A stretch of 64,000 nt of DNA from Bigelowiella natans CCMP2755 (lineage: Eukaryota > Protista > Cercozoa): the NCBI GenBank assembly GCA_000320545.1, contig ADNK01000985.1, positions 24,618-88,617 on the forward strand. Direction: 5' to 3'. The notes below the pieces were generated by a model. That model was not told where the DNA came from, did not search any database, and was given only the letters and a program-made list of their open reading frames with translations. Below, piece after piece: positions 42,702 to 56,397 of this stretch (its first letter is position 1; each line of letters opens with the position of its first letter). The position numbers and the translations under genes were made by a program.

Positions 42702-43462
42702 GCCTTCGTCTAGTTGGCTTTTAATTATTTTGTCACGAAGATAGTGGCCCAAAAAAGACTTGCATTCTCTCTGTCCCTCTCTCTCCCCCCCTCTCACTCT
42801 TTCCAATATCTACTCTTGTCGGGGATCAATCTCAACAGAGTAAAGACATATATCAGAATCTTACGCAAGTGAAGAAGTTGGCTACTGATAGTTTGACAAT
42901 AATAATAAAAATATTGTGTATACCCTAAATTTTGTGATATGTATGGCAAATGCACATGTGCTGTGTGTGTGTGTGTGTGTGTGTGTGTAAGTACGAGCTG
43001 TAGTACTCCATTAACTTTTAACCACAGAGAGTAATTTTAAAAAAATGCATGTACGTAAACGTGTGCAGCCTCTGGCTAGATGTTGAGCATGAATTTATGT
43101 GGTGGTGTGTTCGGCCAAATAAGTGCATAGCAAAGATTAGCGCGGCCGCGTTACATATGTACGTGAGCTGGGTTTTATATAATAGGATGTCCTGCACTTG
43201 CTGGTAACAATAGCGCTACACATATGCAGCCGTGCATCATATTTGCTAATGTTAATTTGCAAGCCTCGCAGCAAAATAAATTCAAACTTCATGCCTCAAA
43301 GCTTTGATTGGTACACATTTAATCATGAATTTTAACAATCACATGTATGATTGAACGATTGATCGTTACCTAGTTACGTGCAACAGCATACATGATAGAA
43401 TGGCTACAATACATACTGTGTCTACAGTGGCTAGATACGATTCTGTATGCACAATTGTTTAC

Positions 43463-45256
43463 TCACTCAATTTTCAGAATCTTCATTCCTTTATCTGTGC
43501 TCAGCCGCTGGTGTAACCATAGGAACTCCAGACATATTGCTATTATAAATGGCAGAACCAAGATCGTCGGTACAATGTATACCCAGTCTTCATTTTGGGG
43601 ATCTACTAACGCTCCTAAAGCATTTCCCAGTGGATTTGACCATCCATTTATCACAGCAAAATCCCTGTCATAGTAAATGTGATGACGTATGTGCACCTCA
43701 GTGCTAAGTATGAAACCGGATTCCATCCCCAGCTGGACCCATTTCGGCAAAAACTCTTTGGTTATATGCGCAAACGCATGAAAATTCATCACAAAATTGA
43801 TTGCATATAATAAGTAAAACATTATGGAATATGTCCTCGCCCATAGATATAGCGATGCCTGCGAATCATCACGGTGGCAATCTTTTCCCATGCTCCGAAG
43901 AACTCGAGTCACGAAGAGTGAGGATACCAGTCCAATCGGCACGCTCAGGGTAACGAACATTAAATTAAAGTCACCAGCATAGGGGGTGTTTAATACCCCT
44001 GAAGGGTATTCATGGTGGCCTTGGAACCCAACCGCGCTGGGGCGAAGGATAGGCCAGTTGAGAATCGAATAACAGTCCAATATGACGTGAACCGCATACG
44101 AATAAAAATCAGCGCAGAACAACCCAGCCAAAAGGCACGCCGTATTATCTAGAATTCCAAGCCTCAGCACGCCTACGACCAAGAAGTAAGATATTAACAG
44201 GACTAAAATTATGACTTGTTGCTTTTTGGTCTTCATTCCAAGCAGTGCTTTGCCCTCAGATGCTTCGCATCGTGTTATGTAGGTGGCTACGTCACGCACA
44301 TCGTCTTCGCCTTGAAGGTTGCTGCACCATAACCACGTCAACAACCTAGATAGAGGGTGCCTCGCCCCTCTTTCGCCTTCACCTTTTCTCGTAGTATTGA
44401 GGATGATTTCATGCTTAAAGTCAGCATCATTCATCAATTCCAGATATGAGCTTGGTGCTAATTGACTGATGTCGTAGGGTGTAGCACCGCCACGAAATAT
44501 ATCTATGAGACGCGAATGCTGGAAGTAATGACCCTTCTGTAGCTCTCTTGTACCAGCCGCCCAAATGAGCCAACACACTGTTGGATTAACGGGCCAATCT
44601 TCTTTGTCGTTCGTGTTTCGTTGTCTTGAGAAGGTGAAGGAAACAACGTCTGTTCCCCAGGTGTACTTCTCTAGCGTTACATCTTGATTTTTATCAAGTG
44701 TCGGCACGCCTACCTTCTCTGAGTATCTATCTTCAAGAACAATATCGTCACCTGTCCGTCTAAGCATAATTATATCCGCTTTGTTCATTCCACCAGTCGG
44801 CGAAAACCCTATTGCTACCCAGCCAGTCGAAGCATCAGTACTAATCTCAAACTTTGCAGTTCCAACCCATCGATTTTCGTCTACGGTCCACTGGAAGTCT
44901 AAAAATTTACCCGTGAATTTCCCATAGATTTCAGTCTTCGATTCATATAGACGCTCTTTCAATCCATCTTCGCTGTGTTTCCGTGTTGACGTTCTATTGT
45001 ACTGCCTAGATGTCCTCCACAGGCTTTCATCGAGATATCTCTTAAGTTTATGGCCTGCCTTCCCTCTGAAGACATCTTCTGTGGCGTTTCCTTTTACGGG
45101 AGAGGGACAAGATGCGCTCCTTTCCCTGAATACCTCGCCGTCTTTTATCATCATCAGAAAGTGGCCGAACATTGCGATTGCAGCAACTTTGACTGCAATG
45201 CTGAATGTTCCATTAACCATCCACATACCAGTGGACAAAGCAGCCCTTGCTCTCAT
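43463..45256 (-). CDS. Intronless DOMON domain + CarF/TMEM189(PEDS1)/FAD4-type lipid desaturase fusion
   Basis: N-terminal hydrophobic anchor. DOMON: FQWTV...TGWVAIGFSPTGGMNKADI...LEDRYS...PTLDKNQD...FSRQRNTNDKED...LIWA. Desaturase His motifs: ADFYSYAVHVILD, FQGHHEYP, FHAFAH, HIRHH, plus DFAVINGWSNP. First in-frame ATG is at 45256. Confidence 0.85.
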   Translation of the reverse strand: MRARAALSTGMWMVNGTFSIAVKVAAIAMFGHFLMMIKDGEVFRERSASCPSPVKGNATEDVFRGKAGHKLKRYLDESLWRTSRQYNRTSTRKHSEDGLKERLYESKTEIYGKFTGKFLDFQWTVDENRWVGTAKFEISTDASTGWVAIGFSPTGGMNKADIIMLRRTGDDIVLEDRYSEKVGVPTLDKNQDVTLEKYTWGTDVVSFTFSRQRNTNDKEDWPVNPTVCWLIWAAGTRELQKGHYFQHSRLIDIFRGGATPYDISQLAPSSYLELMNDADFKHEIILNTTRKGEGERGARHPLSRLLTWLWCSNLQGEDDVRDVATYITRCEASEGKALLGMKTKKQQVIILVLLISYFLVVGVLRLGILDNTACLLAGLFCADFYSYAVHVILDCYSILNWPILRPSAVGFQGHHEYPSGVLNTPYAGDFNLMFVTLSVPIGLVSSLFVTRVLRSMGKDCHRDDSQASLYLWARTYSIMFYLLYAINFVMNFHAFAHITKEFLPKWVQLGMESGFILSTEVHIRHHIYYDRDFAVINGWSNPLGNALGALVDPQNEDWVYIVPTILVLPFIIAICLEFLWLHQRLSTDKGMKILKIE

Positions 45257-45535
45257 CTGTCTGCTCTTCACCGAGTTCTAGCGGGCATAGCTCTTGATTA
45301 TCCTATCTCTTGTCCTACCATCATCTTCCTCCATTGTTAGCTGATCACAGACGGAACATTTTTAGCGGAGCCCGAGAAGTAGGGTACCAAATTACGAGGC
45401 GGTGTTTTTAGTTGTAATTTACATGTAGTACTCTAGTTCATGAAGATGTGACGCGATGTCGACTTGTGACGACAATATCATATTCAGTGAATCATAAAAT
45501 ATAAGACAAATCTTAAGTTCTTTAATTCGTTTTTA

Positions 45536-47111
45536 CTCTCATCCACAATCCCTGGCACGTGATCGTAGGTGATTTCACCGAAATCAATCCATGATCAATT
45601 TCACAATCCCTGAGCTGTTGTGAAGTCGTTGCATGAGAAACGCCATCTGTTTGACCAAAAATTTGCGAAACATCCGGCAGTGGATCAATCTATCTCCTGC
45701 CTCCCCAGCCGACATGCTTCGATTGTCCTCGTGATCCTTGCAACCACTCCGAAACCCGGTGCCCCCATCTCCAAGTCTGGAGCTCGGGCAGCAAGTCATG
45801 TTGGAAGGCCAGCCTCTAGACTCTTTGAGTGCTACCTTGATGAATAGCACGACAAACTATGGGTCCTGGCTCTGCAGCCTGCTCCTCTTTTTTTCATGCT
45901 CCTGATTCCAGCAAAACCATGGAGCTAGTGTGCCGACTCCAAAATCCTGTTGGTCTTCACCAGTCAGTCCTCACTGGAGCTAGTTTGAGGCACTGCGTTT
46001 CGTGCATTGCAAGTGTCTTGCAACACTTCAGAAACGTTTTTTTTTCATCAGTGTCTTTGTCTTTGTCTTTGTCCGATCCAGTGAAAGCAGGTCTTTCTTT
46101 CGTTCTTCTCAATTTTGCTCAGTGATTTTGCTGACCGAGAAGGGCACAGATGAGTTGGCGCATTTCATGGTGTTTCAGCTGCACCATTGGACTCACTTCA
46201 CTGACTTCGTTTTCGTTCTGTGGTTAGTCTGCGACCACCAAGTGAGCACGTGCAGGTGCGAGCGCGCGAGCGCGCGTGCGTGCGTGCGTGCAAATGGGTG
46301 TGCACGTTGTGCTTTGTCATATTTCTTGCATCCTCATGCAGACATGGTTGCATGGGGTCAGGTCACATCCACTGCAGCTTGGCCAGTCACACAGGGGCAT
46401 GCAACGTGAGTTGCACGCTAGCAGTGATGGGGCCACCTGCAGATGATCCTTGAAAACCATGACAGGTGGAGGCACATCTAGACATGACAATCCAAAATGT
46501 TCACCAATGAAATCGACAGGGATTCTTGTTTCTTCCACATCCCACACATCAATGATGATGAATTCTTTTTTGCTCACTTTGATGATTTCGCAAGTGCAAT
46601 TTGCACGCAGTTTTGGTTTCTTGTTGTGCTTTTCACGTGAATCGACTGTTGGCAGTGCAATGTGAGTGTTCTTCGCAAGGCCGGCCTCTTGTGCTCAGGA
46701 TTGCATCGCATCGCATCATGTCATCATGCATGATGGAAACAGAGCGGGAAACACCTGCGCATGGACATGCACGACGTTGCGATACACGAGCTAGCGAGTG
46801 CAAGTCTAGATGCCACAGTCTGTCTAGCTAGAGGGAGCACGCTCTTTTGCCGCCGTCTCAGCCATTGTTGCATGCTGGAATGTTGCACACTGTGTGTAGT
46901 CGAACACCCACATGTCCTTGTAGAATCACCTACATTTTTTGTCTTCATGCAATCGATCGGTTGCGGTGGCTTCTATCTTCTCCTTCACATTCTGTAGTCT
47001 CTCTGACAAAGGCGATGGCGCAAGGCGAACAAAGTCCCCTGGAACAACTTCTTTCGATTGATCATCACCAGTGTGATTGTCGTGCAATTCACTCTCAAAA
47101 TTTGCGGTCAA
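45536..47111. other. Second TpA-depleted hypermutated tract
   Basis: Manual count: 22 TpA in about 1575 bp. 9 are CTAG, 11 are half-sites (CTAH or DTAG) and only 2 have neither flank (ATAT 46319, ATAC 46782). Confidence 0.85.
46423..46679 (-). pseudogene. Degenerate SF1B (RecD/Pif1-like) helicase C-terminal fragment, probably from a mobile element or endogenous DNA virus
   Basis: Reads KPKLRANCTCEIIKVSKKEFIIIDVWDVEETRIPVDFIGEHFGLS-[8-nt insertion]-CASTCHGFQGSSAGGPIT. Reverting TG/CA to TA gives NYTYEII...FGLSYASTCHGFQGSSV, which matches the SF1B motif YAxTxHxxQG. Confidence 0.65.
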
Positions 47112-48469
47112 TATATGCTGTAGTTCGTCATTAATTTGCTGCCGGAGCTCCAGCGTCGACCTTGGCATTGACTGAGACCACTGGCCGGTTTTCATTCGCC
47201 TCAAGAACAGCGATGCGAGTTTCTTTCGGTCATACAGACACGGATTTATGAGTCTCAGTACGTCGCGAATGAGACTTCTCTTTATCTGTATTAGGTAGAA
47301 TAACATTAGAAGTGTGGATGATGCATAGCTCTAGCTATCATCTTCATATATCTAGTTGTACGCTCGTACCTGAAAGTCGATCAGGCTCTCGATTTTGAGT
47401 GAGGGACTAGAATTCACCTGGTGACGACGATAACCGTAATAATACCATCAACAATATTGAAGAGAACGAAATATCCCAGATACATATGCGCATGCGTAGT
47501 AGCAGGTAGAGAAAAGATAAACGGCATAACGAAGGAAAGCAACATATAAAATTGAAAAAGTGAATCGACTGAGGATAGAAGAAGTGTGGGACTAAGAAAG
47601 AGACTAAAACATTTATTGATGACAAATCCAGTTGCTGCCTGGGATATCTTGAGCATCATCTATTATTACCTCTATAAGCCAGGGTTTGAGTCTATCATCA
47701 ATCAGCACATCGAATCCGAACAACTCGAAGCAATTGGGATTTGAAGACACGACATGATTCATGGAAACTATCGCCGCCAGCACGACTCTATGGATTTCAC
47801 CCAATAGCTTAGCCGTGTCGACAACACTGTGAGCGCGTCGCAGCAACGCCAGGGTCTCTTCCAGTGTTAACTTACACTTGTGGACGTTGCCTCTTTTGTT
47901 CTCATTCCTAACAAACCGCGACAATGTTTCAGACAAAGACATACACGCGCCGACGACTTGATTAGAGGGTTTTCAGCGGAGTAACATCGAAGCCACAACA
48001 CCAAAGGAAAAAGGCACACGACATTATCATACGGCGAACCGTAGTCCTACTGCCCTATGTCCTGGCTAACTCTACAAGCAGGAAGTACCTCTTATTTTCG
48101 GTCTGAATTGAGGAGTTGGTAATGTGAATGTATGCATCATCTAGACTATCTAAGTCGCGGGTGTATTTCTTCGATGCAAGTCGCGAAAACCCTTTCTGAA
48201 TTAACAAAGAATGACGGGGAAGATAGATATCCGTTGGCACCGATCATTGTTCAAGAAGCGCAAACTAGTTTACTACTACTACTACTACTACCACTTACTA
48301 CTACCTTGTAGATGTACACTTCAAGGGGCTGGAATGAAGTGACAAGGACGTATAACCGCAAGTCAAATTTAAATCCATCTAAAAAGTTATTGATTATGGA
48401 TGGAAGTCATAATAGTTGTTTACTATCAAGATATTCATCAAAAGCATCGATGAAAATTCATTACAGTAT

Positions 48470-48515
<46 letters not shown>

Positions 48516-49613
48516 GATCGATCTCTCTTCCTCCCTCCCCTCCCTCTCTTCATTTTCATCTCACACAAGACCTAGAAGGAGCGGATTCGGTATATAGCGG
48601 GAGACCACAACAGCGGTGTCATCACCCTTGGGTATCATATCCGGGCTGCCACAAAGTCAAACCAACGACGGTATTATGACGAAATATTCATTGATAACAA
48701 CGTCGAGGGACTTACTGATTCACGAGGTAGATCCCCCTTCCCCTGGACAACTTGTTCGGTTTCACAATCCAAGGGACAACCGAGTTTGACCTCTGAATAA
48801 TAGGACGACATGCTTATGAGAGAAGAGAGAAGAAGGGCTGCCTCGATTCGGTGTCATTGACAGGTAGGTAAGCAACAATGCAGCACGCTTAGCTTGCAGT
48901 AGCATCAGTAGCAGCAGCAGCCGTAGGAGGAGGAGGAGGAGGAGGAGAAGGAGGTCAACCGTCACTGCAGCTACACACGACCCCAGCTCTTGAGGCAGCG
49001 CGTACGTTTCAGGTATAATACAAAAATCGGAACCTAGCAGGAGAAGGAGGCGCATAAGATCATGGTAGCTTCCATCATTTGCAAGTTTTGTGTTTAGCTC
49101 GTGTCACAAATACCCAATCGATTCGAGGCATATCTCTCCACATGAAACTTCATTAGATCCTACGAGAAATTATCGATAAATATTTGTCACAATACACTGC
49201 CAGAGAGAGGCACCGATGAATTTATCATCTGCAGCATATATTATTTCCATGGCTGCTAGCACTGATACAGATGACAACAACCTTCCTAGTAAGCTGGAAC
49301 GAATCCGGAAAATGATTGACCTTCTGCCACACCTGTTTGATGTTGCAACACTCTTCTGTAATATAGACGAAGGTGATTTCTTCGATTCATACATCGAAAA
49401 GGAGAGATCGAGCAAAGAAGCTAGGTAGTAATGATACTGACGTCATTGTAAATTGTTGACACTGTCTACTGCTACCAGGAGCTCATCGAAATCAATGTTC
49501 GGCCTTTCCCAAGTCCATAACACATTCCAAAACCTACGGGTTGTAGTGCGTTATAAAAAGAAGCATCCACCAATATGTGATTTGATCTCAAAATAACTGA
49601 ATGAATGAATGAA

Positions 49614-49654
<41 letters not shown>

Positions 49655-52170
49655 GGGAGGAAGGAAGCGTTGGGGGGAGGGGAGAGTGAATGTAAGGAGA
49701 ATGATTACCCTTTTGACTTCAAGCTACGACGGTTGCTGTTGTGAAATAGCAGATAAGGAAGCTTCTTCCTCCCACTACTTCGATCCTGCTCATCATCGAC
49801 TGACCCTTGGCCTTCTTAGGTAAACATACACCCCGTACACGTTTATTGGCACTATTGCTAAATCTCTATAGTACAGTGGCACATCATCAATGTCTTTCGT
49901 TTCAGGAGTATCAGTACCGCTGTTCTTTGTTGTCGATCGAAACGCAGCGAATGCCCCATGTCGGACGACCTTATCTACAGGTATGATGATACAGCGTGTC
50001 CGATTGTATGCATCCACGCGAAAATGTTGGAAATAGGGTGATAGAAAGAGAAGGTAAAAAGGGAGGAGGGGAGACTGAATCAACGATAATACCTATTTCC
50101 GGTCTGCTACTAACGCAGAAAATAAGAGCATCAGCAGGAAAGTTCCAGGCATCTTCCATCGTATCTTCTTCGGAAAGATTCTCAACCTTCTTAGGTTTCT
50201 GCCTATTACTGTTGTCGGTATCATTGGTGCCCTTCTTATTGCTATTTCTTTTCTTTGACGTCAAAGACGACGACGATGTTGTCGATTGCGCACTCTGAGC
50301 TGTAGAATCCACTACTGTTGCTGCGACCCTGTCAATGATCTCGTCTGAGGCGATAGTTGTGTCCTTTGAAGCGTTGAAGGTGCGGAGAGGCGGGGCTTGG
50401 TCGTTACGCATATCGGTGCTGAATTGTTCTTCTTTGCGACAAGCTCGGATCTGCGAGCTTTGGTACTCCAATGCGGACAACGACTTTGTCGAGCCTGTGT
50501 AGATGCACACTCACTGTTCATAGATAGCTCTTTTCATCCACCGAGAACTAGAAGACAAGAGAAGGGGGAAGCGGGGAACTACTCAAAAATTTTACCACGA
50601 TCCGTCCATGCCACCGAGAATATAAGCTCAAAGAGACAGAATTTTGTCTGAGATGAAAAACAGCGGTAGGCGATATGACTCACACCATTCTAAAGGAGGC
50701 TCATTACCGTGAAGTCGTTTTCGTCGAACAGTTTTTCCTTCATTGCGGCCTATGATTTTAAACAATTATGACCTTCGCTCATCTTCCCTTTATCTCGTAT
50801 CTTATAAATGATTCATACCTCTCTCAATCGAGAAATTAATTTTTTTCGCGGCAAATTTGATGCCGTTGAGTGTTTGGTCGCAGCCCTGATAGTGGAGACA
50901 AGCAATTACAAAAAATACTTTTCTGTACTTTTGATCTTTAGGGCCTAAGACTATAAACTTATTACTTTATCTCATTCTGCCAACGTTTCCGCCATAGATT
51001 TTTAAACGTGTTCTTCTTCCCCACTTTAGGACTTTTCCGAAGATATTTTAGCGTTTCTAAGAAATCTTCCAGCGATAGATCATCCTTGTTTCCACGCACA
51101 AATAACACAAAAATTGAGGACGGGGACAAGCTGATATAAACACACATACCTTTGCAGCATAGCCGCTAGATGCTGCCGCCACTGCTGAAACTGGAATTTT
51201 CAACTTTGGTATCTTATTATCATCCCTTGCAACATTTTTTGTTGAGGGTTCTTTCGATGCTTGGCTTTCTTTATCACTGATACTTTCCTTGGTAGATTCT
51301 CTACTATCACCAGTTCCTGGTACTATAATAGCTTCTGGGAATCTGTCTCTTCTCTCCTTAAAAGCTTTGGTATGGGGTGAATCCATTCCCAAAGAGGAGT
51401 GCTCGATCCCACTTGTACTGGAGGACGGTTGTTCTCGTGTAGCCGTTTTTGCGATGGAAGAAGACATGTCCGTGTTTGCAGTGAGTATTCCAATTTTTGG
51501 CTCGCAGTCGTAGTGGCGGTGAAGTAGAGGCATTACTTTTGGTTTGCTTGAATATCGTGTCTTCCAGGCCTGGTGTCTCTCTTCGTTGTTGTCATCATCG
51601 TCATCATCATCGTCAACGTCGTCGTCGTCATCAGCATCGTCACCGTCATTAGTATCATCTATGACGCGAGTATCAACCCTTTTTTTCATATCTTGGACGC
51701 CGGGGACATACTTTCTTTTCACAGGAACGTTATAGATTCGTCTCTGAGTAGCTTTTATCATTCCTGGATGGCTGTCCGTCTCTGAATCAAGGTTCTTCTT
51801 CCTCCAAGTGGTCGGCGAATCGATACTTGAAACCGAACCTGCGCTACTCAAGTCTTCTACGTCTGGAAGAATCTCCAATATCATGGGCTCGTTCTGATTG
51901 TTCATCTCGTTACACTGGCCGTTGACATTGGGTATGACATTGCTTTCCCCATCGGCTAAGCACACACGATAAGAGGAAAAGGTTAAAGCAATATTATAAT
52001 TGAATATTGTGTTCTTCAGTCAGTGTTTCACCAGGCAGGATGACGAGAAAGAGACAAAATTCGGCAATATTACCGTCATCTCCACTGCCATCTTCAAACT
52101 TCGCGTCGAGTAAGGCTATCATGTCCTTGACCTCATCCACCAACGATTCATCTTGTTCCAGCCCTTCCAT
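46926..52170 (-). CDS. Tubulin-tyrosine-ligase-like (TTLL) protein, probable tubulin polyglutamylase, multi-exon, with a long low-complexity N-terminus
   Basis: Spliced motifs: FWNVLWTW, QKVNHFPDSFQLTRK, IIPETYALPQE, WIVKPNKLSRGRGIYL, FKFDLRLYVLVTSFQPL, GFSRLASKKY...[45 protein letters not shown]. The start (MEGLEQDES... at 52170) is inferred. Confidence 0.88.
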
Positions 52171-52931
52171 CTTGCTTTCCAGTCAACCAATTTATTTACT
52201 CCTCTTGGCCTCTTGCTCTCTTAGCCTCTTGAGGAGGGGCGGGTCTTCTTCTACAAAGAGCAGTTAAAAATACCACCATTTCAACTGCCCCATGCTCACT
52301 ATTTTTTGATAGTCAGTCATAAAAAGGAAATCGTATTCGACGAAAACATAAATGCAGGTCATTTTTTACGTGATGCTACGGCCAATGGGAAATTGCAGCT
52401 TTCTCACCCACCGTTGGGTCTGCCAGCATCCTCCTGTCGGTTGTTGCCAGGTAAAATCGGGCTCCAGCGGGGGCCCCAACGATCACATTCTGGGGCGTCC
52501 GATTTCACCAGATAAAATCCGAACCGAGAAGAAATATCTCCGACTTCAAAAAATATCTACTAGCGGACATCGAGGATCCCGTACGATTTTTCTTAGTGAA
52601 TGCAGATAGCGTTGTCTCCACGATAGTTTTCCTTGGTTTTATCGTATTGGTTTTAAGTGGGGTACCAGAATAATGTCGAGAAATTATGTTCTACGACAAA
52701 GATCTTCCGATGTCGGATATATGAATTTGAAGCTATTTTGGGCAATAGTGCTCCTGGTGATTTAAACTGAACCACCACGTTCAACTCGACGTGCACGAGT
52801 AGAAGAGAGAAGCACAGCAGCAGGTGTGTGTTTAGTGTGGTGACCGGGGGTGGGGATGGAACTTACTTGGTGCGGAAGGGGCGCTAGCAAGCTTGCTGAC
52901 AACCACTTTGCAATCTTATCAGTGTTGAACC

Positions 52932-55803
<2,872 letters not shown>

Positions 55804-56397
55804 GAGCTGGTTCGCAATTCTTTGTGAGGCCCTTGGCTGCATGCGCCTCATCCATTTTTGTAGCGAGGCAATTTTGATGTTGAGCTATCCTCATCTATCT
55901 GATCTGTGTCAACAACGACTCTCTCAAGGATTTAAATATAGAAATCGTTCAATTGAGGAAGTCAATATGTCTCCAATCATGCGTGAAGTGAACTGCGCAG
56001 TCATCATCATTGTGTGTGAAGTTCGAACATGTGCCCTCGTTGCTCAGATTTGTTGCATGCGCGCGCGCTGATTCATGAAATGTCACCGCGCCGCCCATCA
56101 TGACTACGCTGCTGCGTGGCTACCCAGCACCGGGCCCGGGACTCACGACAGCAGCAGGATCGTGCATGCACGACCTGATCAAGTGCTCATCACGTTCAGC
56201 GGGCGGTGCCATGCATGCACACACATTGGCAAAAATCGAAGCGACGGCAAATTGAATTATAGAATCAAATGATTAGGGACAGCATTGGAACTTGAAATTG
56301 CGTTTCAGGACAGATACAAAAAACTGGGCCAGCAAACGTGACACATGCCAGCATTTGGTGACAAATTGCTCTTCACATTCTCTACGTCTTTGTCCTT

